A model generated the notes under the pieces. That model made no database searches. It worked only from the letters and a program-made list of their open reading frames with translations, and was not told the origin of the DNA. From sequence record SRR22947725_1128: 47,816 bases of DNA; one strand, 5' to 3'. Each line of letters starts with the position of its first letter. Position 1 is the stretch's first letter. The translations under genes were made by a program, and so were the position numbers. Positions 28,923-39,929 of the stretch are shown in pieces.

Positions 28923-29553
28923 AGATGTGAATTTCCAAGCTTGAGGTATAAACGGCTTGAGCCTTCCGCTACAAAGGGGCCAAGAGAAAAGGCGGATTTT
29001 TCGATCGGGTCAACAAAAAACGGGGTATGCTTTGTTTCTCAGTCACGATGCTTCGGGAAAAAAAGCAGGCTTCCTTCATCATGGCTTCGCATGACTGCAG
29101 CAGTCGTTTTGGAAATCGATCTCTGTTGATTATGCCACTTTGACATAATTAATCGTAGTCACAGGATTTTTAAAAACCATCAAATAATGCTGGTGATCGG
29201 TCCTGTTGCAGCATCCTCTTCATCGGGGAGGCATGTTTCGGATTGGGCAAGTTCAAATCGAACAACAATATCATCTACTTGGTTCTCCTGCGTGCATCCT
29301 GTATTTCTTGCTTTTGGGTGGGGTAGCAAAAGCCAACTCCACTACCTCCGGTCAATTAATCGCAAGCCTCAAGGTCTCTACACGCTGCTAGATCGGCGTG
29401 CACGAGGGCTTTCCATAGTGCAAGTCCCTGATAAGCTTTTTGCGCAGGGGGTATTGATTTAAAAGATCACTGCTTTTACGAGTCGCAGCATTTATTAACT
29501 TGAAGTGACGCCTATATCTCGTTTCCCTGGAGGGGTATCCACAATCCACAGAA

Positions 29554-30405
29554 TCATGGGCGAAAACCGATATTTCTCCACTTCTCTTCGAACTCGGCCT
29601 GGCGCCTGTGGGTGTAACCGTATTTCATGAACCATATGTCTTGCTTGTCTTGATCTGTTTTGGCGGTTATCCCAAATTTGGAGCTCCTTGGGGCTGCTTT
29701 TGATGCCTCGAGCATGCCTTCACCTTTCCATTTATGGCTATCAGCATGGCCATCGGCGTAACTCAAGGTGCTCATGTTGATATGCCACAGCGCAACCGCA
29801 TCCACCCATGTGAGTGCCCTTGGATCCGGGTTGATCAACCATGAGCCAAGATTCCAGCCCCGATTGTCTGCTTCCTCCACAAAGACGTAGTTTCTCGATG
29901 GAAAGAGAATGGAATCCATTTTTGTGATGGAATTGGCTGTGTCCTCGCCATCCAAGCCACCGGCGCCACCGTAACTGTCGTAGGCAAATCCCTGACCTGG
30001 CTTAAGCTTGGTACGTCCGTCTCCCGGGCAATGCCAGGACCCCACGGCGGAAGCGTATGTAAAAAGTTTGCCCTGCCGCAATCCCTCGTGTACTTCGGCC
30101 AAAGCCTTGGCCTTGCCTTTCAGATTACTGCCTCTGGGAAGAGCCTTGGGGCCGGTCCAGAAATCACGACCATTACGGTAGGTGCTCATTCCCACCACTC
30201 GCTCTTCATTGTCACCGGCATACATGTAGAAAGCCAGTGCCAGTTGTTTCTGATTACCAAGGCAGGCAGCTCCCGTGGCCTTGGTTTTTGCCTTTCCAAG
30301 CGCTGGAAGCAGCATGCCAGCCAGTATGGCAATAATGGCGATGACAACCAGAAGTTCAATCAGGGTGAAACCTGATTTTTTTCGACAATGATATTGGAGG
30401 TTCAT
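29554..30405 (-). CDS. Prepilin-type N-terminal cleavage/methylation protein with H-X9-DG motif
   Basis: G^[35 protein letters not shown] and [13 protein letters not shown] motifs. Confidence 0.9.
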   Translation of the reverse strand: MNLQYHCRKKSGFTLIELLVVIAIIAILAGMLLPALGKAKTKATGAACLGNQKQLALAFYMYAGDNEERVVGMSTYRNGRDFWTGPKALPRGSNLKGKAKALAEVHEGLRQGKLFTYASAVGSWHCPGDGRTKLKPGQGFAYDSYGGAGGLDGEDTANSITKMDSILFPSRNYVFVEEADNRGWNLGSWLINPDPRALTWVDAVALWHINMSTLSYADGHADSHKWKGEGMLEASKAAPRSSKFGITAKTDQDKQDIWFMKYGYTHRRQAEFEEKWRNIGFRP

Positions 30406-30631
30406 GACTTGTAGTATCTCAGGGTTATATTATCTTCATGAAGCATACCCAGATTTTTGTCAAGTTTCATACATACGATGAAATGGCCGCCAAGACAGGG
30501 ACTTTCGTCGCAGCCTCAGCTTAATCCTTGTTCACACTTTCATAGACCCTATGCGATTTAGACGAAGACCATGATGTAGAGCTGATCTTTATTCCCAGGA
30601 ATGCTACTGTGGTGAAGTTCAAAGAACGTGC

Positions 30632-32401
30632 ATGCTCTTTTCTTCACATTTGCTTTTAATGGCAAAAGAAACATGCAACTTTTATCTAACTGTGAGTGTA
30701 GGCATTAGTGTGTTAAGAAGAATTCAGGTTCTCAGTTTTTTTTCAGTTGTCCTCATGTTGTTGTCCGGCAAAGCCCTCGGTCAGGACATGCAGTCAGCCG
30801 AAGATTCAAAACTGCTTTTTGGGTTGGATAAAGTAAGTGATATTCACATTCGGATTTCGGCTGATGAATGGGCTAAGCTGCAGCCCCCCATTGGTTTAGT
30901 GATGGATATCGAAGCGGCCTTTGGGGACTTGATCAAGGATGCTGTGATGGGAAAACATTTTCGCAGTGAAAAATCAACACGCCCGGGGCTTGCCGGTTAT
31001 CTTGGGGTGGATCATCAATATGGAAAGGCGGACGTCCGCATCGCTGAAGAGACTGTTCAGGATGTCGGGTTGCGCTACAAGGGAAATGGAACCTTTCTGG
31101 AGTATGTTGAGGGTGATTTCACCAAGCGATTATCGTTCAAGATCGATTTCAACGAATACGAGGAAGACCTTTCATTCCGAGGGCTTGGAAAGATCAACCT
31201 CAATAACAACATCTCTGATCCCTCTCTGTTGCGTGAATCTTTGTCCTACACTCTCTTTCGTGAAGCAGGTATTCCCTGCTCACGTGTGGGATACGCCAGA
31301 GTAAGTCTTACAGTGCCAGGTCAGTTCGATCGTCAGCCTCATGGCCTCTACACGCTGGTAGAGCAAGTCGACAAGCGCTTCCTTAAAGACCGTTATGGAT
31401 CCTCGAAAGGACTTTTGATGAAACCAAGTACGTTTGGATCCTTTCGTTATTTAGGCGAAGACTGGGCAGAATATGAAATTGGTTTTGTGCCGAAGACCTC
31501 GGCTACCGAGGCTCAGAAAAAACATGTCATTGAATTTGCCAAGTTGATTCACAAGGATGGGGACCAGGCTTTTGAGGAGCGCCTGGAAACGTATCTGGAT
31601 GTGGATCAGTTTCTTCGTTTCCTTGCAGTCAATGCATTACTAAGTAATCTCGACAGCTTCCTTGGTGGAACCCAAAATCACTATATTTATCTGGAGCCTG
31701 ATTCCAACAAATTTCAGTTCCTGCCCTGGGATATGGATCATTCTTTTGGAGCCTTTCCCCTGCAAGGAACACCCGACTCACGCCGTGATTTGAGTATTGA
31801 TCACCCTGCGGGCATGGAACACACACTGATTGAGAGGGTCTTGAGCATTCAACATCACAAGGAAACTTACCACGCCCATCTGGATACCTACCTTGAAACG
31901 ATCTTCGGGGAGGAAAAAATGCTTGGACAGATTCAAAGTGCGGCTGCCTTTGTGCGTCCCTTGGCAGGAATCAACGGGCCCAAGGCCTTGGACCTTTTTG
32001 ATGCTGTGCTGGCTGAAGAACCAGTATGGTATGAACCCCACCCATTGAAGTATTTCGTTACTGAGCGAAGGGAATCTGTTCGCCGTCAGCTTGATGGGAT
32101 TTCTACAGGTAGCGTCCTTGAAGAAGAATCCCCTGACTGGAGGGTAGTCATACCATGGCTGTTAGGGGGGCTGGTGGTGCTTTTGTTGAATCTATCCGCG
32201 TGGCTATGGGGTGTCGTAGCCGGCTTTCGAGTAAGCATGCTCTGGGGCGCACTCAATTTATTTTTCTACCCTCTGGCTCCTGTCATCTATGGCTTTGTGA
32301 TCCAGAAAACATTGGGTCGTCGATCCGCTCTTTGGACGCTTTTTTGTTTCACCTGCTTGGTGGGTTTCATCATCATAATGATCGTTCAGAAACCTGGCTG
32401 A
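30632..32401 (+). CDS. CotH-family kinase with C-terminal membrane helices
   Basis: VGLRYKGN, SFKIDF, LRE.LSY, GLY.LVEQVD, NLDS...NHYIY and FLPWDMDHSFG motifs, plus a hydrophobic C-terminus. The start codon is uncertain. Confidence 0.85.
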   Translation: MLFSSHLLLMAKETCNFYLTVSVGISVLRRIQVLSFFSVVLMLLSGKALGQDMQSAEDSKLLFGLDKVSDIHIRISADEWAKLQPPIGLVMDIEAAFGDLIKDAVMGKHFRSEKSTRPGLAGYLGVDHQYGKADVRIAEETVQDVGLRYKGNGTFLEYVEGDFTKRLSFKIDFNEYEEDLSFRGLGKINLNNNISDPSLLRESLSYTLFREAGIPCSRVGYARVSLTVPGQFDRQPHGLYTLVEQVDKRFLKDRYGSSKGLLMKPSTFGSFRYLGEDWAEYEIGFVPKTSATEAQKKHVIEFAKLIHKDGDQAFEERLETYLDVDQFLRFLAVNALLSNLDSFLGGTQNHYIYLEPDSNKFQFLPWDMDHSFGAFPLQGTPDSRRDLSIDHPAGMEHTLIERVLSIQHHKETYHAHLDTYLETIFGEEKMLGQIQSAAAFVRPLAGINGPKALDLFDAVLAEEPVWYEPHPLKYFVTERRESVRRQLDGISTGSVLEEESPDWRVVIPWLLGGLVVLLLNLSAWLWGVVAGFRVSMLWGALNLFFYPLAPVIYGFVIQKTLGRRSALWTLFCFTCLVGFIIIMIVQKPG

Positions 32402-32684
32402 GCTTGTCTGCCTCAGATTCTGATAACAGAACAATGCCACTCAAAATGTATGGGAGAAGGCTGTGAGCGGCGGGATACTCATGAAATATCTCACCAATGT
32501 TGCAAGCAATCTTTTGGTGTACTTGATGCAATCTGTGACTTTGATCCTTGAGGGATGATCAGATTGCCTTTGGGGAGTTCTTCGTTTCCCGAGATGAGGC
32601 AGGCCGCCTGTTACAGAAAAAGAAAAACTAAATACACATCCTTCTCCTGTTGCCAATGCGGATTGAATGCATCATGGTGCAACC

Positions 32685-33596
32685 ATGCAACACCTAAATG
32701 CCTTTGTCGCGCTTTGCGCATGGGTCCTGTGCACCGTGTCCCTCGCAGCTCAGGAAACGAACGCAGCAGAAGCCTTGTCCCTTCGAGATGGAGACCGTGT
32801 TGTTTTTCTGGGGAATACTTTCTTTGAGCGGGCTCTCGATCATGGCCACCTCGAAACATCTCTGACTGTGCGCTGGCCCGAAAAGAGAATCATCTTCAGG
32901 AATCTTGGCTGGGATGGTGACACGGTCTACGGTCACTCGCGGGCGGGAGGAAGGAGGCGTCAGGTATTTGGTGATGTGGAGGAGGGTTTCCGGCGGATGA
33001 TGGAGCATCTTGAATCGGAAAAACCTTCCGTGGTCTTCGTTGCCTACGGATTCAATGAATCCTTCGATGGCATACAAGGTCTTGCCTCTTTTCAGAAAGG
33101 ATTGAATCGACTGCTGGATCGCCTTGAAAACCTTTCCAGACAAATTGTATTGATCACCCCGCCAGCTGTCGTGGTGCATGACAATCCATTTAATCTCATA
33201 CTGGGACGTTATGCGGAGATTCTATTGGAAACGGCCCGCTCAAGGGAACACCTTGCAGTGGATCTGTTCGGAGTCGAAGCGTTGAATGATCCGGCATGTC
33301 GTGAAAACGGATTGCACTTGTCTGCAGCGGGTTACCGGAAAGCAGCAGAAATATGGGTGCGGGAATTGAAGCTGCCGCCGGTCAGAATCGATTTAAATAA
33401 TTCCCGTGCAGACAAGGTCCGACAGGCCATCATCAAAAAGAACACCCTTTATTTTCATCGATGGCGGCCCAGGAACGATGCCTTCGTCTTTGGGGAGCGC
33501 AGGGACGAGCAGAAGATCGCTCAGAAAGAGCCATTACAATTTGAGCCCTACATCGAACAACAGGAACAACGCATCCGGAAACTTTTGAAACCATGA
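32685..33596 (+). CDS. SGNH/GDSL-family hydrolase (PVC type), secreted
   Basis: FLGNTFFER, RNLGWDGD, YGFNES and NGLHL blocks. It overlaps the next gene by ATGA. Confidence 0.83.
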   Translation: MQHLNAFVALCAWVLCTVSLAAQETNAAEALSLRDGDRVVFLGNTFFERALDHGHLETSLTVRWPEKRIIFRNLGWDGDTVYGHSRAGGRRRQVFGDVEEGFRRMMEHLESEKPSVVFVAYGFNESFDGIQGLASFQKGLNRLLDRLENLSRQIVLITPPAVVVHDNPFNLILGRYAEILLETARSREHLAVDLFGVEALNDPACRENGLHLSAAGYRKAAEIWVRELKLPPVRIDLNNSRADKVRQAIIKKNTLYFHRWRPRNDAFVFGERRDEQKIAQKEPLQFEPYIEQQEQRIRKLLKP

Positions 33597-36547
33597 ACCG
33601 TTCTCATATTATCCTGCTCTCATTCCTTCTTCTGAATGCGTCTGCTGAACTGATCGGACAGCGAAGTCTGCAAGAGATACCTCCACCGGATCCTGCGATC
33701 GAAGCGGCCTCTTTTCAAGTAGCTGATGGATTCGAGATCAATCTGTGGGCCGCCGATCCCTTGCTCGCAAAGCCTACTCAAATTGCCTTTGATCCTCAGG
33801 GACGACTCTGGGTTTCCACCAGCAAGACCTATCCTCAATTGAATGTGAACCAGGAGCCGGATGATCAGATCATTATCCTGGAAGATCTGGATCGCGATGG
33901 AACCGCTGACAGATCCACGGTCTATTATGAGGACCTTCTCATTCCCGGAGGCGTGCTACCTGATGGGAACGGAGGAGCTTATGTGGCTCATGCCGATGAG
34001 CTGATTCATCTGAAAGATGATGACGGCGACCTCAAGGCAGACCGCAAACAAATACTGCTTTCCGGTTTCGGAACCGAGGACACGCACCATACACTTCATC
34101 GACTTCGTTGGGGACCGGACGGACTGCTTTACATGCTTCAGGGCTATTACATCGGTACGCATGTTGAAACACTGCACGGCCCTCGCAGATTGAATGGTGG
34201 TGGCCTCTGGTATTACAACACCCGAACGCGCAGACTTGAAATTTACAGCCGTGGCCTGGTCAATCCCTGGGGAATGGTTTTTGATGCATGGGGGCAGACG
34301 TTCCAAACCGATGGTGCAGGTGGTGAGGGCATCAATTACAGTTTTCCAGACAGCGTGTTCAACGCCTCTCCCCTCGAGCTCAGATACTTGAACGGACTCA
34401 ATCCAGGCAGACCTAAACTTTGCGGTCTGGAAAGAATCAGCGGAGGACACTTTCCGGAATCCTGGCAAGGCAATTTGATGGCCAACGATTTTCGAGCAAA
34501 CAACATCGATCGATACGTTGTCGCAGAATCGGGTAGCGGATATGTTTCAACGCTCAAGGAGGATCTTTTGAAATCCAGTCATGTCTCGTTTCGTCCCATT
34601 GACTTGGTCATGGGGCCGGATGGCGCTCTCTATGTGGCAGATTGGTACAGTCCCATTATCCAGCATGGGGAAGTAGATTTTCGAGACCCACGGCGTGATC
34701 AGGTCCACGGCCGGATCTGGCGAATCACAGCCGTCAACCGCCCTTTGCTTGTCCCCCCAGACTACGGTCAATTGAGCATTACCGGTTTGCTGGATCTCCT
34801 GAAAGTCGAGGAAGACTGGGTCAGGATCCATGCCAAACAGGTATTAAAAAATCATGATCCACAAGCTGTCCAGCGCGCGCTCCGTGACTGGCTGAGTCAA
34901 CTGGATTCATCTCATCCTCATTTCGAACACCATCGCCTTGAGGCCTTGTGGGTTTATCAAACGCTAGCCATCAAACCTCCTGCGGCATGGATGGACGCAT
35001 TGCTTCGTTCGCCGGACCATCGTGTTCGGGCCGCCGTGACCCGATTTTGGTATCATCAGGGAGATGCGCTTCATAACTTGAAAGTATCCGTCCATGATCC
35101 TCATCCGCGTGTTCGGCGAGAAGCAGTCACTGCTCTGGGGCAAATTCATTCTCCGTCAGCTCTCACACTGGCCCTGAAAGTATTGGATCAGCCCATGGAT
35201 TCCTATCTGGATTTCGCTCTTTGGAGAACATGTCGCCTGCTGGAAGAGGACTGGGTGCCCGCATTCAAGAATGGTTCACTGCCATTGCATGAACAGGTCG
35301 ATCAACTGGCATTTGCGCTGCGATCAATCGAAAAACCTGCTTTACTTGCACCTCTGGTCAAACTGCTGGTTGACGGATCTACCTCCAATCATGTTGCAAC
35401 AGTGCGTCTCATCGGAAAGATAGGTTCGGCTGATGATTTAAATCTCCTTGCCGACCTGACATCCAAGAGCGGACACCCTCTGTTCAGCGCATCAGCCGAT
35501 GCACTTCTTGAATCAGCTCAGGATCGCAGGTTGTATCCTTCCAAATTGGAATTGAGATTGCGAGCCTGCCGGATGATGATGCAATCTACTGAGCCTCTAG
35601 TGCTGGCTCAAGCGTGCCGGTTGATTGGACTCTGGAAGTTGAAATCGATGCGCGATCTGCTTGTGATCCACCTCGCTTCAGAGGACACAGGTCTTCAGCG
35701 TGCCTCGATTTCAGGACTGGCGGATCTGGGGGATTTCGAGCCTCTGAAACGTCTGGCCAGGGATACTCAGGCTACTGCGGAGCGTCGTGTCAACGCGTGC
35801 GTTTCCTTAATGGATCATGATCCGTCTTTGGTTGCCGCGATTGTGGCAGAGTTATTGACTCGTAGCATGTCCGATCAGGATGTAGAGCGATTGATGGGGG
35901 TCCTGGTTTCAAACAAGCAGGCCATCACCGCACTTACCGGCAGTATGTTGCAGGCTCAGATTCCAACACACAATGCCGTCATAGCTGTGAGAATGGTGGA
36001 AACATCCGGTTATTGGGATTCTCCTCTGATGGATGCCCTTTCAAAAGCAGGTTCGATTCAATCGACACCTCTGAGTATGGACCCAGTGCATTTGGAGGGC
36101 TACCTGTCTCGAATTCAAAAGGCGGATCCGGAGCAGGGGAGCAAGGTCTACCAGCGTCCAGACCTGGGCTGTGTGCTCTGTCACGCCGTCGATGGAAAGG
36201 GAGGTATGATTGGTCCAGATCTATCAAGTATCGGCGCCAGTGCGCCCATGGACTATCTCATGGAATCGCTTTTGGAACCCAGTTCCAAGATCAAGGAAGG
36301 TTACAGGATGTCCGTCATCACCACGAAAGATGAGTCTGTTATATCCGGTTCAATCGTTCATGAGAGCCCGCATGTCATCGTGTTGCGTAACATTGCAAAC
36401 GTGGAGACACGGATACGAAAGGATAATATTGCTTTTCGTGAAACCAGCTCTGTTTCGATGATGCCTTCGGGTCTGGTTGATTCTCTTACCAATCAGGAGT
36501 TTTTTGATCTGCTCGGTTATTTGTCCTCGCTTGGAAAGACAGAGTGA
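33593..36547 (+). CDS. PVC-type heme-binding protein (beta-propeller dehydrogenase-like domain, HEAT repeats, cytochrome c)
   Basis: FRPIDLVMGPDGALYVADWY and HGRIWRI motifs, HEAT repeats, the CVLCH heme motif, IGPDLS and SMMP. Confidence 0.9.
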   Translation: MNRSHIILLSFLLLNASAELIGQRSLQEIPPPDPAIEAASFQVADGFEINLWAADPLLAKPTQIAFDPQGRLWVSTSKTYPQLNVNQEPDDQIIILEDLDRDGTADRSTVYYEDLLIPGGVLPDGNGGAYVAHADELIHLKDDDGDLKADRKQILLSGFGTEDTHHTLHRLRWGPDGLLYMLQGYYIGTHVETLHGPRRLNGGGLWYYNTRTRRLEIYSRGLVNPWGMVFDAWGQTFQTDGAGGEGINYSFPDSVFNASPLELRYLNGLNPGRPKLCGLERISGGHFPESWQGNLMANDFRANNIDRYVVAESGSGYVSTLKEDLLKSSHVSFRPIDLVMGPDGALYVADWYSPIIQHGEVDFRDPRRDQVHGRIWRITAVNRPLLVPPDYGQLSITGLLDLLKVEEDWVRIHAKQVLKNHDPQAVQRALRDWLSQLDSSHPHFEHHRLEALWVYQTLAIKPPAAWMDALLRSPDHRVRAAVTRFWYHQGDALHNLKVSVHDPHPRVRREAVTALGQIHSPSALTLALKVLDQPMDSYLDFALWRTCRLLEEDWVPAFKNGSLPLHEQVDQLAFALRSIEKPALLAPLVKLLVDGSTSNHVATVRLIGKIGSADDLNLLADLTSKSGHPLFSASADALLESAQDRRLYPSKLELRLRACRMMMQSTEPLVLAQACRLIGLWKLKSMRDLLVIHLASEDTGLQRASISGLADLGDFEPLKRLARDTQATAERRVNACVSLMDHDPSLVAAIVAELLTRSMSDQDVERLMGVLVSNKQAITALTGSMLQAQIPTHNAVIAVRMVETSGYWDSPLMDALSKAGSIQSTPLSMDPVHLEGYLSRIQKADPEQGSKVYQRPDLGCVLCHAVDGKGGMIGPDLSSIGASAPMDYLMESLLEPSSKIKEGYRMSVITTKDESVISGSIVHESPHVIVLRNIANVETRIRKDNIAFRETSSVSMMPSGLVDSLTNQEFFDLLGYLSSLGKTE

Positions 36548-36590
36548 ATCTACTGTTCTCAGGCTCGCCAGACCCCATGCCCAATCAGGA

Positions 36591-37778
36591 CTAGAACAAA
36601 ACTTTTGATCCTGGTTTTAATGCCTGCTCTGGCAGTGGCCTTGCTTCATTGAACACGCGCATTTGTTCGGGGGTTTCCAAGACCGTTTTGCTTTCGTCGT
36701 ACACTTCAGTTGCCGGGTCATATACTCCTTTTTTATCGAGCTTGAGGTGCTTCACCATGAATGGATACATTGCCTGACGTTTCAGGAATTGATAGCCATG
36801 TTGCTGGTTGGGAAAATGAGCATTTTCCACCAGTGATTTCTTGCCGGAAAGATTGTACACATTGCGTATGTAAGGATACTCGACAAGCGGTGTGTTCTTC
36901 GTCCAGTCTCCGCCCACGGAAACCAGCAACTGGGGCCGCGGCGCTGTCAGGGCCGCGATCTCGGCATTGTTTGTCTCCAGCTCCTCGGTCTTGTGGATGG
37001 GCATTCCGCTTTCACAATCACATCCACCAAAAAAATGAGCCGAGACCATCACAACGGGTGCCGACACCCGAATACGATCATCCAAAGCCGTCAGAAGAAA
37101 GGTTTGAGTGCCACCTCCTGAACAGCCAGTGATGCCAATTTGATCATCATCGACATCCTCAAGTGCTTGAACGAAATCAACGGCCCTTATGCTGCCCCAG
37201 GTCTGTAGCGTCAGTGTCTGGGGATGATTGTGATTCCAACCGAGATACAGGGAATCCCCGAATCCGACCATGTCATATGAAAAAACCACGGCACCCATAC
37301 GGGCCAGTGTCGCACAACGGTATTGCTGATCTGAGCGATAGCGTCCGCCCTCCGGTCCGCGGGCATGACCGTGAGGACAGAGAATGGCCGGATGCGGTCC
37401 TTTTGCTTCTGTGGGACGGTAGAGATTGCCATAAACGAAAAAACCAGGCCGGGCCTCAAACGCCGCAGACTCGACGGAATAGCCTTCATAAGTTCGCTTG
37501 TTATGCACCACTGCATTCAGAGGCGTTCGTTTGGGTAGTGGGTGCAGTCCGGATCCAATCAGGATTTGTTTGCGAACTCTTGCTGCACGAGTATTCCATT
37601 CCTTGAGGTTACCATACTTGGCAGCCATGCGTGCAAGTTGTTCAATAGCTTGCTGCTCTGTCTGATAATTTCCCTGGCAAAGCACAGGGCCTTTCACGAT
37701 GTCATGAGCTTCATTCTGACCCATTAATTGAGTCAGTAGACCAGAAGTAATAAGGATGCTGATAATGATACGTTTCAT
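36591..37778 (-). CDS. Acetylxylan-esterase-like alpha/beta hydrolase, secreted
   Basis: Signal peptide, LCPHGH, YDMVGFG, nucleophile elbow GCSGGG, GCDCE and APRPQL motifs. Confidence 0.83.
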   Translation of the reverse strand: MKRIIISILITSGLLTQLMGQNEAHDIVKGPVLCQGNYQTEQQAIEQLARMAAKYGNLKEWNTRAARVRKQILIGSGLHPLPKRTPLNAVVHNKRTYEGYSVESAAFEARPGFFVYGNLYRPTEAKGPHPAILCPHGHARGPEGGRYRSDQQYRCATLARMGAVVFSYDMVGFGDSLYLGWNHNHPQTLTLQTWGSIRAVDFVQALEDVDDDQIGITGCSGGGTQTFLLTALDDRIRVSAPVVMVSAHFFGGCDCESGMPIHKTEELETNNAEIAALTAPRPQLLVSVGGDWTKNTPLVEYPYIRNVYNLSGKKSLVENAHFPNQQHGYQFLKRQAMYPFMVKHLKLDKKGVYDPATEVYDESKTVLETPEQMRVFNEARPLPEQALKPGSKVLF

Positions 37779-37915
37779 ATTCGATGTTTCGTCGTTGTAT
37801 TTGAATGCTTGCCTCAGCCTGATGACTTGGTTGATTTATGCCATAGGCGGGTATTCGGCAATGATGCGCCCCATCATTCGTTAGTCTGGACTTGAACGAG
37901 CTGGCTAGGAACTAA

Positions 37916-39700
37916 CTAAAGTCTTTCAATCACAGCGTAATACGCTCCAATGCGCGTTCCTGATTCGTTGTCGCTGTGGAAGATGCCTTCCAGCAGATAG
38001 TCATCCTCTTCAAGTTCCAAGGTGAATCTAATTTCCTCGGCATCATCAACAATCGGTTTGGTTCGTGTCAGATTACCTATTTTCAAGGTAGCTTTTGTTG
38101 CTCCCAACCCTTTGCCCGGTGTTTCTCGAAATGCATGCAACCCCGGTACGGCTGCTCCCGGTGCGAGATCTGAATTGATCGGATGAGAAAGTTCTCTGGG
38201 CCAGCGGCGTAAAGAAATCACATATGTTGCAGATTGCTCGACTCGGATTGCCCATCCCCCTTCACTTGGTTTGGCGGCTCGGATTTTCCCCTGATGCCAG
38301 GGGGAAGCGTTGTCGCTGTCCGCGAGCCAGTCATGCCCCGTCAGGTGAGCTGGGTTCTCAGCATCGTTTCCAACCACCACGCGCTCATGAACCGCGAATC
38401 CCGGTGAAATGCTGTCCCACCATTTGTCATACTCATGACGAAGGGTTTCAACGACTCTGGGACGTTTGGCAGCCAAGTTGTTTTTCTGGGATGGATCACG
38501 GTTGATATGATAAAGTTCCTTGCCGTTGACCAAACGCCATTGTTCGGTCATTACCGCTGATTTGCGCCATTTGATCGGATCTATGACGCGTTGTGAATCC
38601 GTCACAAGAGCTCGCTCAGACCATGGCACGGGTAGATCGTAAAGCAGGCTTACCAAGGAGCGTCCATCGAAGGCATAATCCATGGGAGCCTTCAATCCAC
38701 ACAAATCAATGAAGGTTGGCAATATATCGACGTGCGCGGTGAGTTGATCGATATCTCTGGCATTATTCAGTCCTCCGGAAGGCCAGGAAAGGAAGAACGG
38801 TACTCGATGTCCTCCCTCATATTCACTGCCCTTCTGACCGCGCATCTGTGCATTGAAAATTTCTCTCCCACTCGCCGTTCCGTTGTCGGTCGTGAAGATG
38901 AAAATAGTATCTTTTTCCAGACCCTTGTTGCGCAACCATTGTCTCAATGCACCCACGTTTTCATCGATGTTGGCAATCATGCCGAAGAAAATTGCCTGAC
39001 GTTCGGTCATCCCCTGCGCCAGGTAAGGTTTCCAATATTTTTCAGGGCAATGATAGGGGCCATGGGGTGCATTGGTGGAAATATAAGCAAGAAACGGTTT
39101 GCTGGCTTCGACGCTTTCTTCGATAAACCGTTTTGCTTCCCTGAAATAAACATCGGTGCAATAGCCTTTGTAAGATTGAGGTTTGCCATTGTGAAAGTAG
39201 GTGTCGTCGAAATATGAATTGTCCCAGTAATCCGGCGTTTGACCGACACCACCGCCGCCGTGGCGCACGACTTCGTTGAAACCGCGGTCTTCCGGCCGGT
39301 AAGGATAGTTGTCACCCAGATGCCATTTGCCAAACATCCCGGTTGCATAGCCGCCTTCACTGAAAATATCACCCCATGTCGCAGATGTTTGTCGCAGAAA
39401 GGACCGTCCGCGAATGGTATGCCATGGCCCGGCTCGATTGGTGAAATGGCCACTCATGAGCGCACCGCGGGTAGGAGCACACGTTGGACTGACGTGATAA
39501 TCGGTAAGTCGGATGCTTGTTTCCCTCAGGGCATCAAGGGAAGGTGTTTTCAGAACAGGGTTTCCGTGCGAAGAAAGGTCCCCGTATCCCTGATCATCGG
39601 TGATGACAAAAACGACGTTTGGTTGAGCGGCCTCTAATCCATGGAATACGATCATCCATGAAAAGAGCAACAAAGTATTGATGCGACAGATATGATTCAT
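37916..39700 (-). CDS. Arylsulfatase (S1 family) with C-terminal beta extension
   Basis: QPNVVFVITDDQG, CAPTR, GKWHLG, TDNG and YEGGHRVP motifs. Confidence 0.93.
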   Translation of the reverse strand: MNHICRINTLLLFSWMIVFHGLEAAQPNVVFVITDDQGYGDLSSHGNPVLKTPSLDALRETSIRLTDYHVSPTCAPTRGALMSGHFTNRAGPWHTIRGRSFLRQTSATWGDIFSEGGYATGMFGKWHLGDNYPYRPEDRGFNEVVRHGGGGVGQTPDYWDNSYFDDTYFHNGKPQSYKGYCTDVYFREAKRFIEESVEASKPFLAYISTNAPHGPYHCPEKYWKPYLAQGMTERQAIFFGMIANIDENVGALRQWLRNKGLEKDTIFIFTTDNGTASGREIFNAQMRGQKGSEYEGGHRVPFFLSWPSGGLNNARDIDQLTAHVDILPTFIDLCGLKAPMDYAFDGRSLVSLLYDLPVPWSERALVTDSQRVIDPIKWRKSAVMTEQWRLVNGKELYHINRDPSQKNNLAAKRPRVVETLRHEYDKWWDSISPGFAVHERVVVGNDAENPAHLTGHDWLADSDNASPWHQGKIRAAKPSEGGWAIRVEQSATYVISLRRWPRELSHPINSDLAPGAAVPGLHAFRETPGKGLGATKATLKIGNLTRTKPIVDDAEEIRFTLELEEDDYLLEGIFHSDNESGTRIGAYYAVIERL

Positions 39701-39929
39701 GAGGAATAAAAAGCACCATAAAGTCTTTTTTCAGACATTCAAATCCCGAGATCAAAAAAAACTGTTTTTTCTGTTTGAAAACATACTCTTAACAGGTTTG
39801 GCAGAGCCTCTGAATAGAAAGTCAGCCGAGTTTTACTTGATCCAATCCTGTTCAGTTCTTTGGAATGGGTGATATTTGAGTGTTCAGAGCAAGCTTGAAT
39901 ACGAAGCATGGTTCTTGTTTTATCCAAGC

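Noticed and set aside
29535-29550. GTATCCACA-ATCCACA DnaA-box-like pair
   Set aside because: The boxes are mismatched and abut a stop codon, with no GC motif or trios. Probably chance.
32515-32530. GG-N10-GC spacing (TGGTGT-ACTTG-ATGCA) upstream of the SGNH/heme operon
   Set aside because: The -24 element deviates from TGGCAC at three positions, which is too weak to call.
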